Below are positions 26,170 through 35,808 of a stretch of 64,000 bases of DNA, in pieces. The stretch's first letter is position 1. The number at the start of each line of letters is the position of its first letter. A program made the position numbers and the translations under genes. The notes under the pieces are model-generated. The model was not told where the DNA came from. It ran no database searches and worked only from the letters and a program-made list of their open reading frames with translations. The stretch is from Candidatus Levyibacteriota bacterium (GTDB lineage: Bacteria; Patescibacteriota; Microgenomatia; Levybacterales; UBA12049): the NCBI GenBank assembly GCA_016182185.1, contig JACOXU010000001.1, positions 530,915 to 594,914 on the forward strand. The letters are read 5' to 3'.

Positions 26170-27363
26170 GTGAATATTTTAGGGAAAATAAATTTACAAA
26201 AAATAATCTCACTCCTCAGGTCCGCCGCTTTTAAGCCGTTGGTTATAATACTCGCACTTCTAGTAATTTTTATCTATCAATATTTCGCAAGTGTTTCAAA
26301 TCTCAATAACAAGATCGGAGATTTGAGGAACAGGAATTCTTCTCTTGAAACAAAAATCAAAAATATCAATAATGAACTTACCGAACTTAAAAATCAGGAC
26401 CAGTATAAAATTAACGAAGATCTTAAAAACAATATTAAAAATATCGAAAACTCCTATAAATCCGCTCTTGAGTCTTACAAGAAGATTCTTGATCTTCGTG
26501 TTCAAAAAGCAAAGACTGCGGATTTGGAAAACCAATTCGCCAAAGTTTTAAATTATTTATCAACTCTTAACTATTCATCGGCGAGCGCGGATCTTAAACT
26601 CTTATCGGAAAATATTAAAAAGGTAGAAGACAGTCTGGTTGTAGTACAGACTACCAGTTTCACTGATGCACCGGTAAGCAATTCTCCCCCGGGTAGCGGA
26701 TTTTCCCAACAAAAAGTCTCAACAGAAAAAGGGGAATTTTTGGTTTCAATTGTTGCCGCTGATCTTAATTCAACGCATGTAATCGTAGATACAGCATCAG
26801 ACGGTGACTGCCGTGATAACTGCCCTGTTCTTCCACTTGCAACCTACATAGCAAGAAGCGGGGGTTTTGCCGGAATAAACGGATCATATTTCTGTCCAGC
26901 TGATTATCCGAGTTGCGCGGGTAAAGTAAATTCATTCGATACTTTACTTATGAACAAAAATAAAGTCTATTTCAATTCCGACAATAATGTCTATAGCAGC
27001 GTACCCTTGGTATACTTCACCGGAAACTCTATGGGTGTACGGGGCCGTTCTTCCGACTGGGGAAGAGACACAGGAGTCGACAGTGTAATTGCCATGCAGA
27101 CACTTCTTGTCTCAGGTGGTAATCCGACCGGAGCAGTAGGCGGCAAAGGAGCAAAAACTTTTATCGGAGCACGAGGAAGTACTGTTTATATAGGCATTGT
27201 TTATAACGCAACTTTTCAAGAGGCAGGTTTTGCCCTTAAGGCTCTGGGAATCGAAAATGCTTTAAATCTTGATCAGGGCGGATCAACCGCCCTTTGGTAC
27301 GGAGGCTACAAGGCGGGTCCGGGAAGAAATTTACCAAATGCGGTTATTTTGGTGAGAAAGTAA
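26170..27363 (+). CDS. Phosphodiester glycosidase (NAGPA) family protein with TM and coiled coil
   Basis: AGINGSYF, ALNLDQGGST, RNLPNAV. Confidence 0.85.
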   Translation: MNILGKINLQKIISLLRSAAFKPLVIILALLVIFIYQYFASVSNLNNKIGDLRNRNSSLETKIKNINNELTELKNQDQYKINEDLKNNIKNIENSYKSALESYKKILDLRVQKAKTADLENQFAKVLNYLSTLNYSSASADLKLLSENIKKVEDSLVVVQTTSFTDAPVSNSPPGSGFSQQKVSTEKGEFLVSIVAADLNSTHVIVDTASDGDCRDNCPVLPLATYIARSGGFAGINGSYFCPADYPSCAGKVNSFDTLLMNKNKVYFNSDNNVYSSVPLVYFTGNSMGVRGRSSDWGRDTGVDSVIAMQTLLVSGGNPTGAVGGKGAKTFIGARGSTVYIGIVYNATFQEAGFALKALGIENALNLDQGGSTALWYGGYKAGPGRNLPNAVILVRK

Positions 27364-28461
27364 TTAGCTGGCCAAGGCTCTATCATAATCTATGCCTCTC
27401 TGGGTTACGGCAGAAACCGCATCATCAAACCGGCTGATTTGCTGTTCTATGTCTTCTTCTGAATTTTTTTCAGAAAGAACCAGTCCGACGAGTTTTTGAA
27501 ATATTTCGACAAGCTTTCTTATCGCGTTTTCCTCCCTGACTTTTTCATAATTTCTTTCTGCGGGGTTTTTTTTGCTTTTTGCAAGATGCACATCTGCTCT
27601 TGCTACATTATGCATAGTCCCTTTCATTGAATCGACCAAGGAATCTAATTTTATTGAAAGTCTTCTTTTTTGTGGTTTTAAATATTCCGTCAAGCCTGAC
27701 AAATAAAAATAAATCATACCAACTCCATTAAGTCTGGCTTTAAAATCAGCTTCTCTTCGTAGCTCTTCTGCTCTTTCCATTATGCTTGACAAGCCTTTTG
27801 GGAAAGGCTCATTGAGCTTCTTAAGAGCCGCTTCTCTTACCTTGTCAATTTTGGGAAGAAGGTCTGGATGCAGCTTGATTATTTGCTCAAAGCTTAAACC
27901 ATCCCTAAGAAAGCTTTTTACCTCTTCAAAATAAAACTTAGGCATAGTCTCAAGATAAACCTCTTCTGCCATTTCTAAACTTCCTATGTCCTTGGCTCTT
28001 ATGACCATGCCGATAATTTCCGGTTTTTCTTCTTTGGGAAAAATATGGGAAGCAACAGAATCTGCTGTATCCGAATGGACAGTATGTGAAATTTCCCTCA
28101 ATATGCCTTTTATTGCTGCTGTATCTCTCTGCCCGTTTGACTCAACTTCAAGTTCTCTTTCGGTTCTTACCTGAAGTTTTTCCATTTTTTCTGTGTCTTG
28201 TGAAATGATCCCTCTTTCAAACAACAATCCTCTGGTTTCAACAAGTGCTGCGATCATTTCCTGTTCAAATGGTGATCTGTATTCTATTGCGTCTTTTACA
28301 ATCTGTTCGTTTCGTCTTCTGAGATCTCTTCTTTCTTGCATTTTTTGGGAAATAATATCAAGATGAAAAAGGGATGTGGCAAGTCTTGCCGCAGGAGAAG
28401 CTTCGGCAACAGGAAGATTGGTATTTATGTCATCCCGATCGTGTAAGACCTCGGCAGCCAT
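27364..28461 (-). CDS. Hypothetical helical protein
   Basis: 365-aa ORF with leaderless TAAAAT promoter; no family recognised. Confidence 0.75.
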   Translation of the reverse strand: MAAEVLHDRDDINTNLPVAEASPAARLATSLFHLDIISQKMQERRDLRRRNEQIVKDAIEYRSPFEQEMIAALVETRGLLFERGIISQDTEKMEKLQVRTERELEVESNGQRDTAAIKGILREISHTVHSDTADSVASHIFPKEEKPEIIGMVIRAKDIGSLEMAEEVYLETMPKFYFEEVKSFLRDGLSFEQIIKLHPDLLPKIDKVREAALKKLNEPFPKGLSSIMERAEELRREADFKARLNGVGMIYFYLSGLTEYLKPQKRRLSIKLDSLVDSMKGTMHNVARADVHLAKSKKNPAERNYEKVREENAIRKLVEIFQKLVGLVLSEKNSEEDIEQQISRFDDAVSAVTQRGIDYDRALAS

Positions 28462-28497
28462 AACAACTCAATTTTAGCAAAAGAAGTAAATAGAAAT

Positions 28498-29580
28498 CTA
28501 TCCCAAATAGTCTTTGAGTTTATTTCCTCGTGATGGATGTCTTAATTTTCGAAGTGCCTTTGCTTCAATTTGTCGTATTCGCTCACGCGTTACCGCAAAC
28601 ATTTTACCTACCTCCTCAAGAGTCTTAGGCTTTCCATCCTTAAGACCAAATCTTTCTTCAAGTACTCTTCTTTCCCGATCAGAAAGCGTACCCAAGACCT
28701 GTTCAACCTGTTCTTTGAGAAGTTCACGCGAGGCGCTGTCAAAAAGAGTCGGCGCCGATGTATCATGAATAAAATCACCCAGGCGAGAATCTTCCTCATC
28801 TCCAACCGGGGACTCAAGGCTGGCAGGTTCTTGGGAAATTTTAATTATTTCCATTGCCTTTTCAGGTTCAATGCCTAAAACTTTAGCAACCTCCTCAGGC
28901 GTTGGCTCTCTTCCTAATTCCTGCATGAGTTTTCGCGACGCCCGTAGAAATCTATTGATATTTTCAACCATGTGAACGGGGATTCTGATCGTTCTTGCCT
29001 GATCGGCAATGGCACGGGTGATGGATTGGCGAATCCACCAAGTGGCATAAGTTGAAAATTTATAGCCTCTCCGCCAATCGTACTTTTCAACAGCCCTTAT
29101 CAATCCCTGATTTCCTTCTTGGATCAAATCAAGAAGAGTCAAGCCTCGTCCGACATATTTTTTGGCAATTGATACAACCAGTCTTAGATTTGAATTTATC
29201 AGAATTTTCTTGGCTTCTTTATCACTCTTTTCAACTCTTTTGGCAAGAGAAATCTCTTGCTCAAAATTAAGAAGCGGTATTCTTCCGATCTCTTTAAGAT
29301 ACATTCTTACAGGATCTGAGATTGTTCCCTCGGTCAGAACGGTTAAAGCCGCCAGTTCTTTTTCCAAATCCTCTATTGGTTTTTCATTCTCCTGATCGGC
29401 GGCAACTGATTCAAAAACATCTATGTCATATTTAAGAAGTTTATCGTAAAGCTTATCCAAATCCTGGATGTGCTCCTCGGGTCTTGGAAAAATTGCCAAT
29501 ATTTCATCCTGGGTTATATAACCTCTTTTTCTTGCAGAATCAACAATATCTTTTAAAATATCGGGAGTTTTTTGCTTCAT
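28498..29580 (-). CDS. rpoD: Primary RNA polymerase sigma factor
   Basis: [45 protein letters not shown]. Confidence 0.97.
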   Translation of the reverse strand: MKQKTPDILKDIVDSARKRGYITQDEILAIFPRPEEHIQDLDKLYDKLLKYDIDVFESVAADQENEKPIEDLEKELAALTVLTEGTISDPVRMYLKEIGRIPLLNFEQEISLAKRVEKSDKEAKKILINSNLRLVVSIAKKYVGRGLTLLDLIQEGNQGLIRAVEKYDWRRGYKFSTYATWWIRQSITRAIADQARTIRIPVHMVENINRFLRASRKLMQELGREPTPEEVAKVLGIEPEKAMEIIKISQEPASLESPVGDEEDSRLGDFIHDTSAPTLFDSASRELLKEQVEQVLGTLSDRERRVLEERFGLKDGKPKTLEEVGKMFAVTRERIRQIEAKALRKLRHPSRGNKLKDYLG

Positions 29581-29604
29581 ATTTACCTTTATTTTACCAC
29601 AAAC

Positions 29605-31374
29605 TTAGGATTTTGACAGAAGACTTATTAAATCCGATAGTTCTCGCTGAAGTTTTTCAATTACTTCTCCGTCTTTCTCTTTACTTTTTGTTTTTAAATT
29701 TAAATTTGTATCCTTAATTTTGTTCTTAAGAAAAGTCAGGCGAAGTTCCCTTGCGACACTCTTAAGTTCCCGTTCAAATTTTTCAGGTTCCTCAAATTTT
29801 GGAATCGGAAATAAAAAGCATGTGTCAAAAATTGGAATTATTTCTTTTGGGATAAATTCTGAAAAAATTTTACCGTTGAATTCTTCATATTTTGCAAAAT
29901 AATTTGATAAATTATCATAAATTTTTCTATGCGATGGCAATTTAAAATTATAGTCCGATAGTATTTTATCGGAGCTTTCATAAGATTTTTTCACATCTTC
30001 ACTTTGAAGAATAAGGGAAAGTAAATATTCTTCCAAAATTTCTGTCCTGTCTCTTGCAGTTTTGGCTGATATAGCAGTCTTTTTGGATGTTTCCTTTTTC
30101 AGGATCTTTTCCATTTCAAGCATTAAATTTTCAAATGAGGTATCTAATGTGTTGCTCAAAATCTTAAGGTAATGTTCTTTGACAATTTGATTTTCAATTC
30201 CACCGATCAACGGCAGAATGCTGTCGCCTATTTTCTTTTTCCCCTCCGAGGTTGTATTGCCGAATTTCTTCAAGAAACTGTCGATCAGAAAATCATATAC
30301 TCCAACGTCATTTTTGACAGCTTTTTTGAAAAAAACCGGATCTTTTTTTATGGCATCATCTGGATCCTTGAATTCACCAAGTAATATAACCGTGGTGGTT
30401 AATCCTTTTTTCTCAAGAGAAGGAAGGCTTCTGACAATTGCCTCAAAGCCTGCTTCATCCTGATCAAGACAAAGAGTCACCTTTTGGGCAAATCTTGATA
30501 TAAGAGTGGCTTGATCCTCGGTTAGCGCAGTCCCTTTGAGGGCAATTACATTCTTTATTCCGATTGAGAAACAGGAAATCACATCAAATTCTCCTTCAAC
30601 AATAACTGCCTGCCCAGTTTTCTTAATCTCGTCTTTTGCCATATTGAGTCCGAAAAATACTGTTCCTTTATGATAGACAGGGGTGTCTTTTGTATTCACA
30701 TATTTTGAAATTTCACCCTTGTCATCAATAATTCTTCCAGAAAAACCCATGATATTATCCCTCTGATCAAAAAGAGGAAACATAATTCTGCTTCTGAAAA
30801 AATCTACCACCCTACCCTCTCTTGCGAAAGAAATACCGGCATCGATAATGTCTTGTTTTGAATATTTTTTCTTATTTACAAGATAATTGGATAAGGCTCT
30901 CCCTTCCCTTGAGGAAAAACCGATTTTGAAGGTTTCTATAAGTCTTTGGTCAATTTTTCTCGTTTTTAAAAGATAAGAGAGAGCCATCTTGCCAACCGGG
31001 TGTTTGGTTAAAATATAATGGTAAAATTCAGAGGCTACGCGGTTTAGATTGTATATCTTTTCCTTCTTGGAGGTTTCGGTTTTGGTAAAAACGCTTTCTG
31101 AAAGCTCGATCCCCGCCTTTTTTGCTAAAATTCTTAGGGCTTCTATAAATTCCAGATTTTCATAGTCCATCAGAAAGGTGAAACAATCCCCGCCTTTTTG
31201 ACAACCAAAACAATGCCAAATCTGCCGCTCCGGAGAAATTATAAATGAGGGAGTTTTCTCATTGTGAAACGGGCAATTAGTTTTAAAATTTCTTCCTGCC
31301 TTTTTAAGCGAAAGGTATTCGCTTATCAAAGCGACTATGTCAATTTTTTCTCTAACTTTTGCAACCTCATCCAT
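29605..31374 (-). CDS. dnaG: DNA primase
   Basis: CPFHNEKTPSF, CFGC, KYVNT, VEGEFD, KDPDD. Confidence 0.97.
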   Translation of the reverse strand: MDEVAKVREKIDIVALISEYLSLKKAGRNFKTNCPFHNEKTPSFIISPERQIWHCFGCQKGGDCFTFLMDYENLEFIEALRILAKKAGIELSESVFTKTETSKKEKIYNLNRVASEFYHYILTKHPVGKMALSYLLKTRKIDQRLIETFKIGFSSREGRALSNYLVNKKKYSKQDIIDAGISFAREGRVVDFFRSRIMFPLFDQRDNIMGFSGRIIDDKGEISKYVNTKDTPVYHKGTVFFGLNMAKDEIKKTGQAVIVEGEFDVISCFSIGIKNVIALKGTALTEDQATLISRFAQKVTLCLDQDEAGFEAIVRSLPSLEKKGLTTTVILLGEFKDPDDAIKKDPVFFKKAVKNDVGVYDFLIDSFLKKFGNTTSEGKKKIGDSILPLIGGIENQIVKEHYLKILSNTLDTSFENLMLEMEKILKKETSKKTAISAKTARDRTEILEEYLLSLILQSEDVKKSYESSDKILSDYNFKLPSHRKIYDNLSNYFAKYEEFNGKIFSEFIPKEIIPIFDTCFLFPIPKFEEPEKFERELKSVARELRLTFLKNKIKDTNLNLKTKSKEKDGEVIEKLQRELSDLISLLSKS

Positions 31375-31440
31375 GTTTTTGATTATTTTACCACTTCCTT
31401 ATTGCTTTTCCTACCAACCTAATTTAAAATAACTTTTGGT

Positions 31441-32712
31441 ATGGCTGTAACCTTAGTGATTGGGTCTCAGTGGGGAGACGAAGGAAAAGGCAAAATAATT
31501 GATTATCTTTCTTTACAATCAGATTATGTAGTCAGATTCCACGGTGGAAATAACGCCGGCCATACAGTAATCAATAATTTGGGAAAATTCCCCATGCATC
31601 TTGTTCCCTCAGGAATCTTCAACAAAAAAAGCAAGGCAGTTATTGCCAACGGAGTTATCCTGGATCTTGAAGTATTAATCTTAGAAATTGCAAATCTTGA
31701 AAAAGCGGGCATAAAAATAAAAGACAGATTTTATATTTCTCCACGCTGCCATATCATTATGCCCTATCATAAGATTCTCGACCGTCTATACGAAGATGCC
31801 AAGGGGAAAAAGAAAACTGGCACAACCGGAAGAGGAATTGGACCTACATATGCCGATAAAGTGAGCTACAACGGGATAAGAATTTCAGACCTTATGAATA
31901 AAGATTCATTTTTGGAAAAGCTCGACACTCAGCTTCGAATCAAAAATAAAATTCTTGCGGCCCTTGGCGCAAAAAAAGTTTCAAAAAAGAAAGTGATAAA
32001 AAATTTTATGAAGTTTAGAGAAAAAATTAAGCCTTACGTTTCAAATGCCTATCCCCTACTTCATAAAGCGGTAAAGGACAAAAAGAATATTCTTCTTGAA
32101 GGAGCACACGGAGTATTTCTTGATAATGATTGGGGAACCTATCCATTTGTAACTGCTTCAACTGTACTATCAGGCGGAGTAACTCAGGGTGTTGGAATTC
32201 CTCCGGCAAGTATTAAAAATATAATCGGGGTGGTTAAAGCATATACGACACGTGTCGGTGAAGGACCTTTTCCGACTGAACTTTTCAATAGCGAAAGCGA
32301 AAAATTGAGAAAAAATGGAAATGAATTCGGAACAACGACCGGAAGAGCAAGAAGATGCGGCTGGTTAGATGCAGAGCTTATTAAATTCGCAAGTCAAATA
32401 AATGGCTATACCGGACTTGCCGTTACCAAACTTGACGTTTTGGATGGATTTACCAAAATAAAGATTTGTGTTTCTTATACCTTTAATGGAAAAAGAGTTA
32501 ATTATTTTGATGGTGACGCCGGTTTCTTAAGAAGAGTAAAACCAGTTTACAAAACGCTTCCGGGATGGAAAAAATCAACGAAAGGAATTAAAAAATATTC
32601 CGAACTGCCTATTGAAGCCAGGAATTATCTCAAGGAAATTGAAAATTTGGTCGGAATCAAGATTAAATATGTTTCAACCGGTGGGGAAAGAACCGAAATT
32701 ATAAAAATATGA
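31441..32712 (+). CDS. purA: Adenylosuccinate synthetase
   Basis: QWGDEGKGK, GGNNAGHT, GTTGRGIGP, EFGTTTGRARRCGWLD. Confidence 0.97.
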   Translation: MAVTLVIGSQWGDEGKGKIIDYLSLQSDYVVRFHGGNNAGHTVINNLGKFPMHLVPSGIFNKKSKAVIANGVILDLEVLILEIANLEKAGIKIKDRFYISPRCHIIMPYHKILDRLYEDAKGKKKTGTTGRGIGPTYADKVSYNGIRISDLMNKDSFLEKLDTQLRIKNKILAALGAKKVSKKKVIKNFMKFREKIKPYVSNAYPLLHKAVKDKKNILLEGAHGVFLDNDWGTYPFVTASTVLSGGVTQGVGIPPASIKNIIGVVKAYTTRVGEGPFPTELFNSESEKLRKNGNEFGTTTGRARRCGWLDAELIKFASQINGYTGLAVTKLDVLDGFTKIKICVSYTFNGKRVNYFDGDAGFLRRVKPVYKTLPGWKKSTKGIKKYSELPIEARNYLKEIENLVGIKIKYVSTGGERTEIIKI

Positions 32713-34124
32713 CAGAACAGAAAAGAAAACCCCTGCCTCTCACAGAACTTACAGCACTTACAACTCTTGATGGACGGAATCGGGCAGATGTAGTGGAACT
32801 TGCTTTTTATGTTTCAGAATTTGGAATTATTAGAACCCGAGTCGAAGTTGAAGCGAAATATTTAGTCGCTCTTTCAGAAGTTGGAGTAGTAAGACCTCTT
32901 ACAAAACCTGAGAAAACAAAGCTTATGTCTTTCGGAGATAGATTTTCTCTTTCTGATGCAAAGAAAATTAAGAAAATCGAAGAAGAAACCGATCATGATG
33001 TTAAAGCAATGGAAAAAGCCTTCAGAGAAATGCTTTCAGGCACATCAATGGAAGACTTAATAGAAAAGGTTCATTTCGGCTTAACATCTGAAGATATAAA
33101 TAACATAACCTACCGTCTTGTCTTAAAACGTGTAACTAAAGAGGTTTTTCTTCCGGTACTTGATGGGCTTGTTGATGATTTACTTAAACGAGCTAATGAT
33201 GAAAAAGAAACTCCCATGCTCGCCCGAACGCACGGACAACCGGCTGTTCCAACAACTCTGGGGCATGAAATTGCGGTCTTTGCCCGAAGACTCAACAAGC
33301 AAGTTCGTTCCCTTGAAGATTATCCTCTTGAAGCAAAGCTGACAGGTGCAATAGGCAACCTCAACGCATTAAAAGACAGCTATCCTGATATAGACTGGAT
33401 TACTTTTTCAGAAAATTTTCTTAGATCTCTCGGATTTGATCCCAATCTCATTACTACCCAAATTGCTCCATATGAAGACGTGATTGAATACTTTCAGCAT
33501 TACTCGCGCATAAACGGAATAGTTCTTGATCTTGATCAGGATGCATGGCGCTACATTAGTGATGATTGGTTTACTCAAGAGTTAAAAGAAAATGAGGTTG
33601 GTTCTTCAACTATGCCGCAAAAGATCAACCCGATAAAATTTGAGAATAGCGAAGGGAATCTGGGAAAATCAACCGCACTGTTTGAATTCGACGCTAGAAA
33701 ACTTCCTGTCTCCAGACTTTCACGAGACCTTTCAGATAGCACTGTTATAAGAGACATGGGTGCTCCTCTTGGCTGGTCGCTTCTGGCCTATAAAAATACG
33801 AGAAGAGGACTTTTACGAATTTCCCCGAATGTTAAACTTATGACGCAGATCTTGAATGAGGATTGGTCGATTCTGGCCGAGGCGGCTCAGACAAGAATGA
33901 GAAGATTTGGCGTTGATGATCCTTACTCTATTGTGAAAAAATTAACTCGAGGCAAACAAATCGGAAGAAAAGAATGGATCGGAATAGTTGATCAGCTTCC
34001 GCTTTCTGATGAAGAGAAAAAAGATTTAAAACGTTTAACACCTGAAAAATATATTGGCTTAGCAGTAGAACTGACCGAAAAAGCTGTAGAAGAAATCAAT
34101 TCCTCAAGAAAAACAATTCATTAA
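32709..34124 (+). CDS. purB: Adenylosuccinate lyase
   Basis: HDVKA, HFGLTSEDIN, RTHGQPA, GSSTMPQKINP. Confidence 0.95.
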   Translation: MTEQKRKPLPLTELTALTTLDGRNRADVVELAFYVSEFGIIRTRVEVEAKYLVALSEVGVVRPLTKPEKTKLMSFGDRFSLSDAKKIKKIEEETDHDVKAMEKAFREMLSGTSMEDLIEKVHFGLTSEDINNITYRLVLKRVTKEVFLPVLDGLVDDLLKRANDEKETPMLARTHGQPAVPTTLGHEIAVFARRLNKQVRSLEDYPLEAKLTGAIGNLNALKDSYPDIDWITFSENFLRSLGFDPNLITTQIAPYEDVIEYFQHYSRINGIVLDLDQDAWRYISDDWFTQELKENEVGSSTMPQKINPIKFENSEGNLGKSTALFEFDARKLPVSRLSRDLSDSTVIRDMGAPLGWSLLAYKNTRRGLLRISPNVKLMTQILNEDWSILAEAAQTRMRRFGVDDPYSIVKKLTRGKQIGRKEWIGIVDQLPLSDEEKKDLKRLTPEKYIGLAVELTEKAVEEINSSRKTIH

Positions 34125-34154
34125 AAATTAAAAATTTCAAATTATAAATTTCCG

Positions 34155-34226
34155 CTATTCCCACTCCATTGTTGCTGGAGGTTTTGTCGTTATATCGTAC
34201 ACTACACGGGAGATTCTGGAAACTTC
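34155..34226 (-). pseudogene. guaA: Stranded second copy of the guaA 3' end
   Basis: [23 protein letters not shown]; last 18 aa identical to guaA (35809-35880) with only third-position differences. Confidence 0.93.
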
Positions 34227-34228
34227 CT

Positions 34229-34750
34229 CTATGATTTTAAAGAAGTTTTTTTATAATCTTCTATAGCATTTCTGTGTTTGTAGGCTATGTTTTCAGGAAG
34301 ACTGTCTGGAGAAAAATATTTCCAGCTCCTGTCTTCCTCGTTTAATTTAATTTCTCCTTTAGGTTTTCCATAAAAAATTATGTCAATGTGTATACCCCTC
34401 AGATCATCATCTATTCTGTAAGTACCAATGATCCCAGAGATCTCAACTTCGATTCCAGCTTCTTCTTTTGTTTCTCTTTTTATTGCCTGCTGAGCTGTCT
34501 CTTCATATTTAATAAAGCCTCCGGGAAGAACCCAGTAATCCTTGAAGGGCTCTTTACTTCTCTGAAGCATCAGTATTTTTCCGTCTTTCTCAAGTACAAT
34601 ACTGACTACTGGTTTAGGATTGTTCCAGAAGATGAGGCCGCAATTCTCGCATCTTTTTCTATTGTCTCCATCAACAAGCTCGGATATTAAATCTTCCTTG
34701 CAGTTTGGACAGAAGTTGTATTTATCTAGTGGCTTATTCGTATTTAGCAC
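34229..34750 (-). CDS. NUDIX hydrolase with N-terminal Zn ribbon
   Basis: [35 protein letters not shown]; GTG 34750 follows TATAAT. Confidence 0.9.
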   Translation of the reverse strand: MLNTNKPLDKYNFCPNCKEDLISELVDGDNRKRCENCGLIFWNNPKPVVSIVLEKDGKILMLQRSKEPFKDYWVLPGGFIKYEETAQQAIKRETKEEAGIEVEISGIIGTYRIDDDLRGIHIDIIFYGKPKGEIKLNEEDRSWKYFSPDSLPENIAYKHRNAIEDYKKTSLKS

Positions 34751-34756
34751 ATTATA

Positions 34757-34766
34757 AATATTATAG
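34757..34766. repeat. 10-bp direct repeat (copy 1) containing the -10 box
   Basis: AATATTATAG, identical at 35753-35762; flanks the epimerase gene. Confidence 0.6.
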
Positions 34767-34781
34767 CACTGGGAATATGAT

Positions 34782-35720
34782 TTATTTAGAAGTGGGCTCT
34801 GGAAGATGTTCTTTATACCAAAGGATGGTTTTTCGCAAACCTTCAACAAGTGGAGTAGAAGGGACATATCCTATCGCTTCTAATGTACGTGTATCCCCGA
34901 GGGTTACTGAATGCTCAGGCTCTCCTTGTCTCATTGGAAAATGCATAATTGGACTACGGGAATCAGTAAGTCCAACAATTGTTCTTGCAAGCTCATTGAC
35001 TGTAATTCCTTTTCCTGTACCCGCATCCATTACATGATGAACGTAACTTCTAAGCTGCATTGACCGGATCATTACTTCGGCCATGTCTTCTACATATACA
35101 AGATCAAGTATTTGAGTGCCATCTCCAAACACTTCAAGAGGCTCATTCTGAAGAGCTCTTACTATAAAATTGGGCACAGCTTTTCTAACCGGTGCATGTT
35201 TTTGTCTTGGACCATACACATTTAATCCACGAACAACTTTCACATCAACTCCATATTCGCTTTGATACATCAGAGAAAAATCTTCAGCGACTTTCTTCGT
35301 TATGGCATACGGATTCGGCCAGTCAATTCCACCAATTGTAATCATAGTGCCTCTTTTCCCTTGATCTTTTATTGCTTCGAGTACAGTTAGAGCCCCGAAT
35401 ATGTTTTCTCTAACTGCATAAACTGGATCATCAATAGTCTCTGAGGTTCCCAGTACTCCTGCGAGATGAAAAACGTATTTACTCTGAGAGACAGCTCTTT
35501 TAATTTCTTCTTCATCTGCAATATCTCCCTGAATGTGTTTTATAGAAGTTTCACCTGTAGGTATTTGCTTAGTAGAATTATCAAAAGTTATAACTTTGTA
35601 CCCATCTCGTGAAAGTCTGTCAACTAAATGACTTCCGATAAATCCTCTTCCACCAGTTACGAGGATCGCAGAGTCAATTCCTTCTTTTCTTTCACTTACC
35701 GCTTCTTTTTGAAGTGACAT
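34782..35720 (-). CDS. NAD-dependent epimerase/dehydratase (extended SDR)
   Basis: VTGGRGFIGSHL, HLAG, YAITK, NVYGP, GDGTQ. Confidence 0.92.
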   Translation of the reverse strand: MSLQKEAVSERKEGIDSAILVTGGRGFIGSHLVDRLSRDGYKVITFDNSTKQIPTGETSIKHIQGDIADEEEIKRAVSQSKYVFHLAGVLGTSETIDDPVYAVRENIFGALTVLEAIKDQGKRGTMITIGGIDWPNPYAITKKVAEDFSLMYQSEYGVDVKVVRGLNVYGPRQKHAPVRKAVPNFIVRALQNEPLEVFGDGTQILDLVYVEDMAEVMIRSMQLRSYVHHVMDAGTGKGITVNELARTIVGLTDSRSPIMHFPMRQGEPEHSVTLGDTRTLEAIGYVPSTPLVEGLRKTILWYKEHLPEPTSK

Positions 35721-35752
35721 GCTGAAATTATAGCAGAATAAATCTAGAAGTC

Positions 35753-35762
35753 AATATTATAG
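35753..35762. repeat. 10-bp direct repeat (copy 2), orphan -10 box
   Basis: AATATTATAG immediately upstream of the epimerase gene's own TTGACT...TATAAT promoter. Confidence 0.6.
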
Positions 35763-35808
35763 GCTACTTTGCAACTATTAATCTTTGAGATTAGAAATTG
35801 GGAATTTG

